Shown: in pieces, positions 25,842-35,236 of the stretch
Position numbering within the stretch: the first letter of the stretch is position 1
Layout: each line of letters begins with the position of its first letter
DNA from: a virus
Lineage: Duplodnaviria > Caudoviricetes
IMG/VR virus record: IMGVR_UViG_3300032753_000045
Span: 1-50,175 of that record
Strand: one strand, 5' to 3'
Length of the DNA: 50,175 nucleotides
Program-made: the position numbers and the translations under genes
Notes under the pieces: model-generated
Database searches by the model: none
Told to the model about the DNA's origin: nothing
Seen by the model: only the letters and a program-made list of their open reading frames with translations

Positions 25842-26470
25842 TGTGGTACCACGCTTTCACCGGGCGCTAATCCTAGTGGATTTGTCCAATTTGTTGTAGT
25901 TGGCAATCCGTTTGATACTGCGTTCATTAAAGTGCCTTGAATTGATTCAGCGGCAGATTGGGTAATCAACGGTTGCACGAAATCCCATTGGTACATATAT
26001 TGAACTTGTTTATCACTAGCAGGCGTAATATCGCGCAGCCCTGTTAATAGACAGTTAAAATAAGTGTATGCGGGGGTAATTACAGTAAAAGTTCCACCTG
26101 TAGAAATGTGCGTTTGAATGCCCAATTGCAAAGCAGTAAGAATCGCTTGTTTTAGTGTATAGCCGCCATGAGTTTGTGCTGGGCAAACCATCATCATACT
26201 GACATCTAAAGGCTGCTGTACGACCGCATTGGCAGCCGTAGCAAAGTTCGCAAAAGGATAAGTTGCTACATCCCATTTTGCTAAGCTGCCTCCGGGTAGC
26301 GGTTTGAAATGGGCAAAAAATTCACCGTTTTCAATTCCGGGGATATCAAACATTTCGGTCAGCAAAGTTATAGGTGCATAACCCCCTAATAGATTGGCAA
26401 GTCCGCCTTGCAACCAAATTGGTGCTATTTCATAAACGGCGGAGAATGCGGTTTTTCCAAAAGAAGCCAT
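25838..26470 (-). CDS. Tail tube initiator / baseplate organiser
   Basis: Directly follows the tape measure gene. Confidence 0.65.
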   Translation of the reverse strand: MASFGKTAFSAVYEIAPIWLQGGLANLLGGYAPITLLTEMFDIPGIENGEFFAHFKPLPGGSLAKWDVATYPFANFATAANAVVQQPLDVSMMMVCPAQTHGGYTLKQAILTALQLGIQTHISTGGTFTVITPAYTYFNCLLTGLRDITPASDKQVQYMYQWDFVQPLITQSAAESIQGTLMNAVSNGLPTTTNWTNPLGLAPGESVVPQ

Positions 26471-26472
26471 AG

Positions 26473-28017
26473 TTATCTTCCTGTCGTTCCGGCTAATTGC
26501 GCGGAGGCGTTTGGTATAGATGTGCCCGGAGCACCTTCAAAAGTAATTTGCATGGCGTAATTTTGTCTGCGGCTTCTTTCAACAGGATCAATTTGATAAT
26601 TGTAGTATCTCTCGTAATTAATATTAGCCTCAACGCCTTCTTTACGACCTACGCCGCTTTGTAAGCGTTTTAAAGTAGCTGCTTCGGTGTTCATTAATTC
26701 CCAACGCATAAACGCGATTTGCTCATCTTCAGGGGTATTTGCGGTTAATGGGTGTCCCATTACCTTTGCAAAGAGCGCTTGACGCGCTTTACCCCATTGA
26801 GCCAATCCAACGTGCCCGCCGCCAATATCATTACTAGCGGCAGGATTAAACCCGCTTTCGCCGTAAAGTCCGCCCATAAAACCAGCGACTACATCAGGTT
26901 TAACCCCTAACCCCGCTAACATCATAGCGGTTTTTTGCGCGGCAGAATTAAGTTGTACTTGGTCTTTACCTAATACTTTATGTTCCCAATTACCAATTTG
27001 TTGCATTCCTTGATAAGTGCCTGCTACAAACCCCGGTATTTTTGACACAACCCATGCAATTGCTTGCCCAAGCATAGCTAAACCATTGAAAAATTCTTTG
27101 ATTTGCTGTTTTCCTTCTGGGCTGTTGATAAATTCTGTTAAATCTTTAATGGCGCTTTTTACTTCATCGCTTTTAAGAAAATCTGCAATAGCTTGTTCAA
27201 CCGCTTGAGTCAGTTGAATTAGTGGCTGAGTTAGACCCTCTAAGTTATCTAGCAAATTGACTTCAATCGAATTTCCAGCTTCGCGGATTTTTACCCAAAA
27301 ATCTTGCCAGCGTTTGCTACTTTCTTCAGAAAGCTTAAATTTCTGTAAACCTTCAGCGGCTTGTGCTGCTGCATTATCTAAATCTTTAAGGCTAGTTTTA
27401 GCCAAACGAATAAGATTTTCATCGCCGCCAACCAAATCTGTCCAACCCATCGTTTTAGCGTAGGAAAGGTTTTGACCAGAGTTAAGAAACTGTTCGCGAA
27501 TTGTTTTTAAAATTGGCGCTAAATTTTGAAATGCGTCTTGATTTAGATTGCCACCCGCATTGAAAAGCTTATAGGACTCTTCGGGTGTTCTTTGAATACG
27601 CGCAATACTGGCTAAAGCTGACTCAGGATCAATGTATCGACCATAGTAAGTATTGGCAGAACGTAATTGAGCAGTGCTAACGCCGACACCTTGCGCGCGG
27701 CGATATACATCGCTTCCAGACGCTGCTAATGCACCAAAGCCAAACCCAGTTCCAGCCGCGCTAAAAGCGACCCATTTTGCCGCAGATATAGCCATAGAAG
27801 CCATATTGCGAGCAATATTGAAAGTGGATACGGATAAATCTTTAAATGTTGTGGAAACGTCTTTTGCAGACTTATTTACTTTATCAAAGTGTTTATTGAT
27901 GTCCTGCCACTTTTTGGCTTGTTGATCCATTTGTTTGACGTATTTATCAAACGTGGCTTGAAAAGCTTTAAACTTTTCATCTTGGACATCAATCTCAATA
28001 ACACTTTTTACAGCCAT
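26473..28017 (-). CDS. Tape measure protein with C-terminal phage tail lysozyme domain
   Basis: Helical Ala/Gln-rich body; AGFMGGLYGESGFNPAA.N...HVGLAQW. Confidence 0.85.
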   Translation of the reverse strand: MAVKSVIEIDVQDEKFKAFQATFDKYVKQMDQQAKKWQDINKHFDKVNKSAKDVSTTFKDLSVSTFNIARNMASMAISAAKWVAFSAAGTGFGFGALAASGSDVYRRAQGVGVSTAQLRSANTYYGRYIDPESALASIARIQRTPEESYKLFNAGGNLNQDAFQNLAPILKTIREQFLNSGQNLSYAKTMGWTDLVGGDENLIRLAKTSLKDLDNAAAQAAEGLQKFKLSEESSKRWQDFWVKIREAGNSIEVNLLDNLEGLTQPLIQLTQAVEQAIADFLKSDEVKSAIKDLTEFINSPEGKQQIKEFFNGLAMLGQAIAWVVSKIPGFVAGTYQGMQQIGNWEHKVLGKDQVQLNSAAQKTAMMLAGLGVKPDVVAGFMGGLYGESGFNPAASNDIGGGHVGLAQWGKARQALFAKVMGHPLTANTPEDEQIAFMRWELMNTEAATLKRLQSGVGRKEGVEANINYERYYNYQIDPVERSRRQNYAMQITFEGAPGTSIPNASAQLAGTTGR

Positions 28018-28026
28018 TTTGATTTC

Positions 28027-28335
28027 CTACAATAAAGTTTTGCTTTTTATAGCTCTAATTAAATGCCTTTGACGGTATTCTGACGCATCATCAAACTTCC
28101 CGCCCACTTCTTTCATAAGTTCATCAAAATGCTTGTAAGTAATGAAGTCTAGGATACTATGGATGATTCCTTCACCTTCTTGCCAGTACTTTCGGTCTTG
28201 GTCAATGTCGGTAAGCCATTCTGATACCCCGTACAATCCAAGGATGTAAGTTCCCAATTTCGCAGCGCACCTGCCATCTCCAAAAAGGAATTCTTTAAAT
28301 CCTTCGGTGCGACTTTGGAGATTGCTGTAAAAAAC
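28027..28335 (-). CDS. Possible -1 frameshift extension of the tail assembly chaperone
   Basis: The -1 frame is open from just before G-TTT-TTT (28335-28329) to the stop at 28027. Confidence 0.4.
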   Translation of the reverse strand, partial: VFYSNLQSRTEGFKEFLFGDGRCAAKLGTYILGLYGVSEWLTDIDQDRKYWQEGEGIIHSILDFITYKHFDELMKEVGGKFDDASEYRQRHLIRAIKSKTLL

Positions 28336-28733
28336 ACAAGGGAACTTAATACCTCAGCTTCTTCATCCTCACTTAGAACTTCTCTCTTTACTGCTACATC
28401 AAAGGGAATGGTTTCCCATCCCTTTTCTGTACTTACTATTACATTGGTCAAACGAATAATTTCGTTTACTAACCCAAATTTAACTCCTCCTGCGCCTTCC
28501 CAATTTCCTGCTTTTGTTGCTATGGATTTCAAAGCAGCATAAGCAAGTTGTGGGGCAGATAAAGCTAAATGAGCCTGACTAATACCATCAAAACACTGAC
28601 TAAATACTTTGCCTAACTCTAAATAAAATTGTTCAAATACAGATCGACTAATAGAAGTGGAGTGAATGTAGATTGTTCCATTTTCATCAGTCTGCACCTG
28701 CATCACAAGGGACAGATTACGATCGATTTTCAA
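28149..28733 (-). CDS. Tail assembly chaperone
   Basis: Between the tube and tape measure genes. Confidence 0.75.
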   Translation of the reverse strand: MKIDRNLSLVMQVQTDENGTIYIHSTSISRSVFEQFYLELGKVFSQCFDGISQAHLALSAPQLAYAALKSIATKAGNWEGAGGVKFGLVNEIIRLTNVIVSTEKGWETIPFDVAVKREVLSEDEEAEVLSSLVFFTAISKVAPKDLKNSFLEMAGALRNWELTSLDCTGYQNGLPTLTKTESTGKKVKESSIVS

Positions 28734-28747
28734 TTTTTATCCTTTCA

Positions 28748-29191
28748 TTATGCTGCGTCAAATAGTGTTGAGTTGATGTTATATACGCCGCGTAAACGAA
28801 CAACTAGACCAGCTTGATTACCGTCAAACGCAGTTTCTTGAATGCTCATTAAAACACAGTTATTCAATTGAAATGGTGGCAATACTTGGGTATCTGGGTA
28901 AATCGTAACAGACCCTAAAGTAGTGTTGGTTTCAATTTGGTTTTTATAAGCAGCGCCAAGAGCTTGAGTTCTTAACAGATGCATCGTTACTGTTCCGTAA
29001 ACATACGGTTCTGGGCTTGTAACAGCGCCAGTTAGCGTGCCGATAAGCAACGAAGTGTCGCCATCGAACGCTAAACTGATCGCTTCGCGAGCCAAATATC
29101 CAGCAGTGACATTTAATTGGGTATAGTCAGCGTACACAACGCTGGCTAGTAGCCTATTTAATGTACCTTGTTGAATTTGTGGATTTGACAT
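28748..29191 (-). CDS. Tail tube protein
   Basis: 147 aa, directly after the sheath gene. Confidence 0.8.
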   Translation of the reverse strand: MSNPQIQQGTLNRLLASVVYADYTQLNVTAGYLAREAISLAFDGDTSLLIGTLTGAVTSPEPYVYGTVTMHLLRTQALGAAYKNQIETNTTLGSVTIYPDTQVLPPFQLNNCVLMSIQETAFDGNQAGLVVRLRGVYNINSTLFDAA

Positions 29192-29203
29192 TATTTATTC
29201 TCC

Positions 29204-30499
29204 TTAAACTGGAATGTTAGATGCAGTTAAGTAAATAGTAATGGAGCTAAATCCTCTAGCTGGTACGAATGTCAAGCTTAAACCGTTATAAGTTCCAGTA
29301 GCGTAATCACTAGGATGTTGTGCTACATAGTTTACAAACGAAATGGCGTTAACCGTTGCTGGGCTAAGAATTAATCCAAACGAAATACCGTTATTAACTG
29401 TTGCTTGCGCTACTTTCTGCAAAGTATTAATACCAGCTTGATTGTAGTAAAGCGGATTAGTTGGCAAATTGCTTCCGTTAATAATTGCATTTGCTAAAGC
29501 TTGAGCAACATTAATTGAAAGCCAGTCTACACAATACCAATAATTAAAGGGGTTCAAGTCCATGAACGTGCCGCCTTCAATTAAAGTATTGCTAATTCCG
29601 CCTTGGGCACCAGTGCCAATCCAGTTAACGCCAGCAGCCAACAATTGAGTTTGTTGTGTGCTAGTTAAGGTACTGTAGGCAGTGACAGAGTAAACATAAG
29701 TGTACTCAAGCGGATGCGCTAAATTATTTGCGCCCGGATTGTAACTTAATGTTGCCCAGAAAATAGCTGCGGCGCTAAATTCACTTGATGGAGCACTTGG
29801 GCTTTGCAATGAAGCAAACACAGATTTAATACCTGCCCACCCAGTGTAGGTAGCTAGCGTTGTAGTTACATAAAAGTACACTTGTGCAGTTGTACCTTCG
29901 TACTGTTTAGCCATTGTTTGAGCGGCGGTAATATCCCATGTTTTTGGCAATAAATAGCTATAAAACTGAATAGTTGGATTAGCTATGTATGCTTCTAAAG
30001 CGGTTATACCGTTTGCTACAGTGTTTGTACCTAACTCCAATACATAAACAGGTGTGACGCTTCCTTGTGCAAAGAAAGTATTGTTCATTGCAACAAGTTC
30101 AGCGACATCTTCCAAAGTTACAACACCTTGGGTTGTTACAGAGCCGGGGCTACCTGCCAACGGATATGTAAACGTATATGCACCTGTAGAAGTTGCGGCA
30201 AAAGTACCGTTGTAAGCAGCGGGAGTTACACCAGTAATGTTTACTTCAACAGTGTCACCGGAAGGAATGCCGTGTGGAGTAGTTGTAGTTACAGTTACTG
30301 TCCCTGTGCTCAATATCATTGAAGTGATAGAAACGGCGCCAGATAAAATACTTGCTAAGCTACTTGCTTGAGTTAGCAAATAAGGGGTTCCCGCAGCGAG
30401 CGTAGTTGCTCCCTGTGAGATAAACGCGCCTGTTTGTTGTAGCGTATTAGGCGCGCTTGCCACCTGTTGGGTGACAACGACATTGACAATATTTGGCAT
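29204..30499 (-). CDS. Tail sheath protein (DUF3383 type)
   Basis: MPNIVNV.V, YWY.VDWL, NPLYYNQAGINTLQ. Confidence 0.85.
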   Translation of the reverse strand: MPNIVNVVVTQQVASAPNTLQQTGAFISQGATTLAAGTPYLLTQASSLASILSGAVSITSMILSTGTVTVTTTTPHGIPSGDTVEVNITGVTPAAYNGTFAATSTGAYTFTYPLAGSPGSVTTQGVVTLEDVAELVAMNNTFFAQGSVTPVYVLELGTNTVANGITALEAYIANPTIQFYSYLLPKTWDITAAQTMAKQYEGTTAQVYFYVTTTLATYTGWAGIKSVFASLQSPSAPSSEFSAAAIFWATLSYNPGANNLAHPLEYTYVYSVTAYSTLTSTQQTQLLAAGVNWIGTGAQGGISNTLIEGGTFMDLNPFNYWYCVDWLSINVAQALANAIINGSNLPTNPLYYNQAGINTLQKVAQATVNNGISFGLILSPATVNAISFVNYVAQHPSDYATGTYNGLSLTFVPARGFSSITIYLTASNIPV

Positions 30500-30512
30500 T
30501 TTTGCCCCCTAA

Positions 30513-30827
30513 TTAGATGTAGCTGATTGCTAAAGTTTGACCAGTACCGGGACTTACAACAATACCATTAGAAACTGGGAAATCAATATTAACAACACCA
30601 GCAGTTGCAGGGATCACTGCAACTTCATTAGCTGCGCCAGCAGCACCAGTGGTAGCGGCATCATAAACTGAACCAGCGCCAGAACCTGCAACTAAAACGC
30701 TAATTTTAGCAATACGACCTGCTGTTGTTTTAACAACAGTAGTGGCTGTGATATTAAAAAATACTTTTTGACCTTGGGCTGTTAATAAAGCACCATTTTG
30801 AACGGTTGGGTTGGTAACGATTGCCAT
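30513..30827 (-). CDS. Small virion structural protein
   Basis: Beta-rich; GIVVSPGTGQTLAISY. Confidence 0.7.
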   Translation of the reverse strand: MAIVTNPTVQNGALLTAQGQKVFFNITATTVVKTTAGRIAKISVLVAGSGAGSVYDAATTGAAGAANEVAVIPATAGVVNIDFPVSNGIVVSPGTGQTLAISYI

Positions 30828-30880
30828 TTGTAACTCCTTTTATACACTTGATTGAGATAACAACATCTTACTACTTAATT

Positions 30881-31882
30881 TTATACTGGAACAGTACCTT
30901 CTGTCAGGGTAATAAAGGCATGTTCGATTAATTGTCTTGCAATATTATTTACGGTGGTTTGAAAATAACTTATTTCAAAAGTAATTACTTTCTTCTGCGC
31001 GATTATCCCCATTTCAGGTTGAGTGACTTTTTCGTCCTGCATAATGGGCATATTCATTAATCCTATATTATCGGTATTTCTACTGTAATTTAGGATATAT
31101 TCAACAAAATTCAACGCATCGTGATTTCTGACCCCAAAAAGCTCGATTCTGACAGTATCTTTAGTCAACTGCCAAGGGTTAGATTCTGGGTCTAAAAGTG
31201 GAAAATCTTGTAAAGCAACCGTCTGCCGTGGGTCAATATCGACCGATGCGTATACTGGAGGCAAGTTTTGTTCCACCAAATAGGACGGATACATCGGGAA
31301 AAATTGATTCAAACTAAGCCAAATTGGAAGGCTATTTGATACGATAACGCTATTGGTATCAAAACCCGTCATTGAATCGATAATCTGCGTATCCATAATG
31401 GAATACAGAGCATCGCCGCGGTAATGGTATAGATCCGCCTGTTTATAGAAATTTTCTCTACGGCTAAAAGCGAATCGATTTCCTTGATAATTCGCAATAT
31501 AAAGGAATTGTGGGTTAACCAAATTAAAGTCTTGAACGGGTTTAGTCGCCGTAAAAATAACGTGGTTGTAAGTCGTGGTTCTATCCGCTAATTGATGCAA
31601 TTCTTGATTAAAGTGGAACGAACCAGATACCGTTAATTGCCTTGCTGGAACGCCTTCAGGGTAGTTATCGTATAGCAGTCTGTTATATTGCGACGCATTA
31701 TAAAGAGCAGAATCAGTTAAAAGGCTAGCGTTTACCCAAAATACATAGCCATCCAAAGGCAATACTAGCTTTACATAAAGCGTAAAAGTAACCTGTTCAT
31801 TACCTGAAAGTGTTTCGGCACCTTGAGCTAAACCAGCGCCAAGTTGGGGTTTTGCGGTTGCCGCTTCTACTGCCGATGCCAT
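30881..31882 (-). CDS. Neck / head-closure and tail-terminator-like protein
   Basis: FTLYVKLVLPLDGYVFWV; synteny. Confidence 0.65.
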   Translation of the reverse strand: MASAVEAATAKPQLGAGLAQGAETLSGNEQVTFTLYVKLVLPLDGYVFWVNASLLTDSALYNASQYNRLLYDNYPEGVPARQLTVSGSFHFNQELHQLADRTTTYNHVIFTATKPVQDFNLVNPQFLYIANYQGNRFAFSRRENFYKQADLYHYRGDALYSIMDTQIIDSMTGFDTNSVIVSNSLPIWLSLNQFFPMYPSYLVEQNLPPVYASVDIDPRQTVALQDFPLLDPESNPWQLTKDTVRIELFGVRNHDALNFVEYILNYSRNTDNIGLMNMPIMQDEKVTQPEMGIIAQKKVITFEISYFQTTVNNIARQLIEHAFITLTEGTVPV

Positions 31883-32352
31883 TATTCAATCCATCCTTTT
31901 AAGGAGTTTTCAAAAATGCCCGTATCAATAAATGATGGACGGCGAATTCCTGTTACAACTTTTTTAAATTTTTGACCTTTACGGATTTTTTTAGGGGTTC
32001 TACCATTGACCGTGCGGCTGTTAATGCCTTCTAAAGCCGCTTTAGTTGGTATCCCTTGTTCGCCATATCTACCAGCCACTCGTTCAACTTCTTGTGTCGT
32101 CAAAAAATCGTGCATTTTATCGGTAATTGTCTGTCCACTTACCGCAAAAACAGATTTTACAGATACATCCATGTTTTTTTCCATCATTTCTAAACCGATT
32201 GCGGCGTCTTTTGCAATCAAATCGGCTATTTCTTGTTGATGGGCGTTATAAAACATGGAAAATAGCCCGTATCTTTCTTCAAGATCTTTTCCAACGGTAT
32301 AGGTTGTTCCTTCAATTTCTGGAACTTCTATAACGCCTAAATTCAGTTTCAT
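31882..32352 (-). CDS. Neck / tail completion protein
   Basis: RRPSFIDTG C-terminal motif. Confidence 0.7.
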   Translation of the reverse strand: MKLNLGVIEVPEIEGTTYTVGKDLEERYGLFSMFYNAHQQEIADLIAKDAAIGLEMMEKNMDVSVKSVFAVSGQTITDKMHDFLTTQEVERVAGRYGEQGIPTKAALEGINSRTVNGRTPKKIRKGQKFKKVVTGIRRPSFIDTGIFENSLKGWIE

Positions 32353-32810
32353 TAACTTAGTCCCCAGAGAGTGCCAAGTTGTTGCATATAGCTTAATGCT
32401 AGGCGTCCGTAGGGGTCTTTAATCCTTTGTAAATCTAAAATACTAAGGTCACGCAAGCCGTGTCCTACAGAAAGAGATTCATTAGTGCTTACATCGCCAG
32501 CCGCGTTTACGACGCCAGCTACGAAATTATTAATTCCAAATTGGGCGCGTAAAGTGGCAAAATAGTTTTGCCCGGGTAAGTCTTGCTGAAATTGCAATAA
32601 TTGACTTCCAGCCCAGTTGTAGACTGTTAAAGTATAAATATCGGGTACAGTGGCAGCAAAATCGGTTGGTACGATATCTAATGCCACTACATAAGCGTAA
32701 TTCCAGCCCGGGTCAGTTGGGGACATTGCAGTAGTGGGTATACCCATAACGGCTCGCGCCCAGTCGATAAAGCCGTTTAAAGAAGGTGGCGAAACAATTG
32801 GATCAGCCAT
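32352..32810 (-). CDS. Head-tail adaptor
   Basis: KDPYGR..L...Q..G C-terminal pattern; synteny. Confidence 0.7.
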   Translation of the reverse strand: MADPIVSPPSLNGFIDWARAVMGIPTTAMSPTDPGWNYAYVVALDIVPTDFAATVPDIYTLTVYNWAGSQLLQFQQDLPGQNYFATLRAQFGINNFVAGVVNAAGDVSTNESLSVGHGLRDLSILDLQRIKDPYGRLALSYMQQLGTLWGLS

Positions 32811-32847
32811 AGAACCATCCTAGAAAGATTTTCTATATTCTAAATGA

Positions 32848-32868
32848 AAAAGCCCCACAAGGGGGCTA
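32848..32868 (-). terminator. Intrinsic terminator
   Basis: AGCCCC hairpin plus T run on the minus strand, after the stop at 32873. Confidence 0.55.
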
Positions 32869-32872
32869 TTTA

Positions 32873-33379
32873 TTATCCTTTTCTTGGTCTGCCACGTCCT
32901 TTTGGTGCTTCACCTTCATGAATCACTTCAATTTTTTGGTCAAACTTTTCACTTTGATCGGCAGCGTTCTTCTTATCTTCGGTAATTTCAAACTCAATAC
33001 CACCTTTTTGTTTGATCCCCATTTCTTGTGCTTTCAGCGAAATGATTTGATCTTGTGCTGCGGCAGTAATGCTACGAGCTTCTTGAGCGCGGTCAATATT
33101 TTCTTGGTCAGATTGACTGATACCCGCTTCAATTGCTTCGACATTGATTGGTTTTCCGATGCGATAGCATAAGCCGCCAAAGCCTTTTTTAACTTTAGTG
33201 ACTTCCATCATTCCATACAACTCGTGCTGTTTAATGATCGCATCGACTTGAATTTGATCTTGACTTAGCTTAATTTGTGCTCCAGCACGGATTTTGTGTG
33301 AAAAAGGTCTAATGTTCTCAGGTAACATATATGTGAACAAAAAGTCTTGCTTACTGCAATTTGCGATAAATAATTCCAT
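32873..33379 (-). CDS. Conserved hypothetical protein downstream of the major capsid gene
   Basis: LFIANCSKQ...F.Y..PE; C-terminal KGRGRPRK AT-hook-like tail. Confidence 0.75.
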   Translation of the reverse strand: MELFIANCSKQDFLFTYMLPENIRPFSHKIRAGAQIKLSQDQIQVDAIIKQHELYGMMEVTKVKKGFGGLCYRIGKPINVEAIEAGISQSDQENIDRAQEARSITAAAQDQIISLKAQEMGIKQKGGIEFEITEDKKNAADQSEKFDQKIEVIHEGEAPKGRGRPRKG

Positions 33380-33395
33380 TATTTTCCCCTAGTAT

Positions 33396-33474
33396 GGGTG
33401 GGAAGCCGATGATGCGGGGTCTTTTGAACCCCCGGCTTCCCATAAAGAATGTTCCCAGCATCACTTGGGTTCTT
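33396..33474 (-). ncRNA. Putative two-hairpin RNA with loop-bulge pairing
   Basis: Stem UGGGAAGCCG/CGGCUUCCCA carries bulge GCAUCAU, complementary to loop GUGAUGC of the upstream hairpin. Confidence 0.5.
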
Positions 33475-33484
33475 ATATATTAAC

Positions 33485-33508
33485 AAAAAACCACCCCGAA
33501 GGGTGGTT
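33485..33508 (-). terminator. Intrinsic terminator after the major capsid gene
   Basis: AACCACCC-UUCG-GGGUGGUU plus U run. Confidence 0.85.
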
Positions 33509-33526
33509 AAATCCTCACGCAGGATT

Positions 33527-34552
33527 TTAATAGGCAGCCGAAATAATCGTCATACCTTCTGGACGGATACCCCAACCAGAGGTGCTACGCATTGTGTAGA
33601 GGGTAGTAATACCACCGTCTGGCAATGGAGTAGGAATCTCTGTAGGTGCAGCCACGTCGCAGAGCATCAAAGATGTTGCAGTTGTATTTGGTGTCAATTC
33701 AGCAAATACGTTGGTGTTGATGCGAGAGTTTGCTTTAGGGATCTTGAGTTCTGGAGCAATTAAGATGATTGCGTCAGTACCGCCGTAACCTTGACCGATG
33801 AGAGTGTCATCAGCAGCAAAGCTTACATCGTCACCACCTGCCCACTGAGCTACGGTTTCAACCAAGCCAGCAGCAGTTTCAACACCAGCGCCGATACGTT
33901 GGAACTGTGTCAAGGACACGATACCGCCGTAGCTGATCTGTTGAATGAAACGCTGTGGAGCAAGGAATACCAAGCGCAAAGGTTGACCAATTTGCAATGT
34001 AGTAGTTTTTAAGTTACCGATTGCATTTAGCAAGAACTGAGCTAATTGACCAGAATCCCATGTGCTGTAGCCTACGTTACCGTTGCTGTCTGCACCTAAG
34101 TTGATGCGAGTAGCGCCAGAAGTATTGAGCAAGCCTTCGCCGTTGGCTGGGTTGTAGCCATAGAGAAGAGCATTACGCAACTGCTGAGCGATACCTTGAC
34201 GAGCAGCAAGACGAAGAGCCTCTGGGAGTGCATAGCCCCAAGCACCAGTAGCAGCTTCATCGAAGTTGTCGTACTGAGCGCGGGTTTGCAGACGATAAGT
34301 AGCAGTACTAATCATCGAAGGGATAACAGATGCGCTTGGCAACTGGTTAGCAGTCGATTGGTTAGCAGATACTTGAGTCGTCAACTGAACCTTTTTAGCG
34401 TAAACATAAAGGTCAGCCTCGCCTAAGCGTGGCATTGGGTTCTCTGTTGCCAGAGTTGTAAACGCACCAGAAGCTAAGCTGTACTGCATAATCAGCTCAG
34501 GCATCATGAAGTGTGGATTTACTGTTACATATGAAGGTGCAAAACCTGACAT
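33527..34552 (-). CDS. Major capsid protein
   Basis: 341 aa, biased codon use, follows scaffold and decoration genes, followed by a strong terminator. Confidence 0.85.
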   Translation of the reverse strand: MSGFAPSYVTVNPHFMMPELIMQYSLASGAFTTLATENPMPRLGEADLYVYAKKVQLTTQVSANQSTANQLPSASVIPSMISTATYRLQTRAQYDNFDEAATGAWGYALPEALRLAARQGIAQQLRNALLYGYNPANGEGLLNTSGATRINLGADSNGNVGYSTWDSGQLAQFLLNAIGNLKTTTLQIGQPLRLVFLAPQRFIQQISYGGIVSLTQFQRIGAGVETAAGLVETVAQWAGGDDVSFAADDTLIGQGYGGTDAIILIAPELKIPKANSRINTNVFAELTPNTTATSLMLCDVAAPTEIPTPLPDGGITTLYTMRSTSGWGIRPEGMTIISAAY

Positions 34553-34566
34553 GATCTATTCCTTTC

Positions 34567-35226
34567 TTAGATTAGAACAACTGCTACAGGAGCAGCAGAT
34601 GAGCCACCAACGATGGTGTTAGACCAGTTAGCATTGCCAGTACCAGAATTGTAGTTAACAATTTTGTTACCAGAAGTGCTAATACGCAAGATTTTGCAAG
34701 GTACTGCAAAGTTGCTCGTTGCTGTTGTTGTTAAACGGAGGTTTGTTGTATCCCAATACACAGTTTCAGTGATAGAGCTACCAGCCAAAGCTACGATAGA
34801 AGCATCGCAAGGCAATGGAATACGAGCGCCTGAACCGAAACGGTAGAAGTTTACAGACATGCCGGGTGAATACAATGGTGCTGTGCTTTGTGGGGTTGTG
34901 ATACCTTGGAAAGCTTGGTTAAACACGGAAATACCAGTAGGAGCAGCTACAGTAGATGCTTGGATAATGGTAGAACCTAATGTGTCAGTACCGGGTTGTG
35001 TATCGCCAGAATAAACACCAGATTGTGCAGTTGGGATCAATTCAGCAATTGGAACTCCGCCCCATAAAGGAGAAGTAGCAGATGTTGAAAGAACGCCGCC
35101 AGCTAACCAGAATTTAACTGCTGGATCGTCGAGTGCATCACCTTGTGTAAAACCAGCGGAGTTGACATTAAATAAGCCAGCAGCGTTGGTTGTTACCATT
35201 GGTTGTAGAGAAATTTGTGCGGTCAT
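34567..35226 (-). CDS. Capsid decoration / cement protein
   Basis: QGDALDDPA..F.L.GG...PLWGG.PI.E; precedes the major capsid gene. Confidence 0.75.
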   Translation of the reverse strand: MTAQISLQPMVTTNAAGLFNVNSAGFTQGDALDDPAVKFWLAGGVLSTSATSPLWGGVPIAELIPTAQSGVYSGDTQPGTDTLGSTIIQASTVAAPTGISVFNQAFQGITTPQSTAPLYSPGMSVNFYRFGSGARIPLPCDASIVALAGSSITETVYWDTTNLRLTTTATSNFAVPCKILRISTSGNKIVNYNSGTGNANWSNTIVGGSSAAPVAVVLI

Positions 35227-35236
35227 GGCTTATTCC

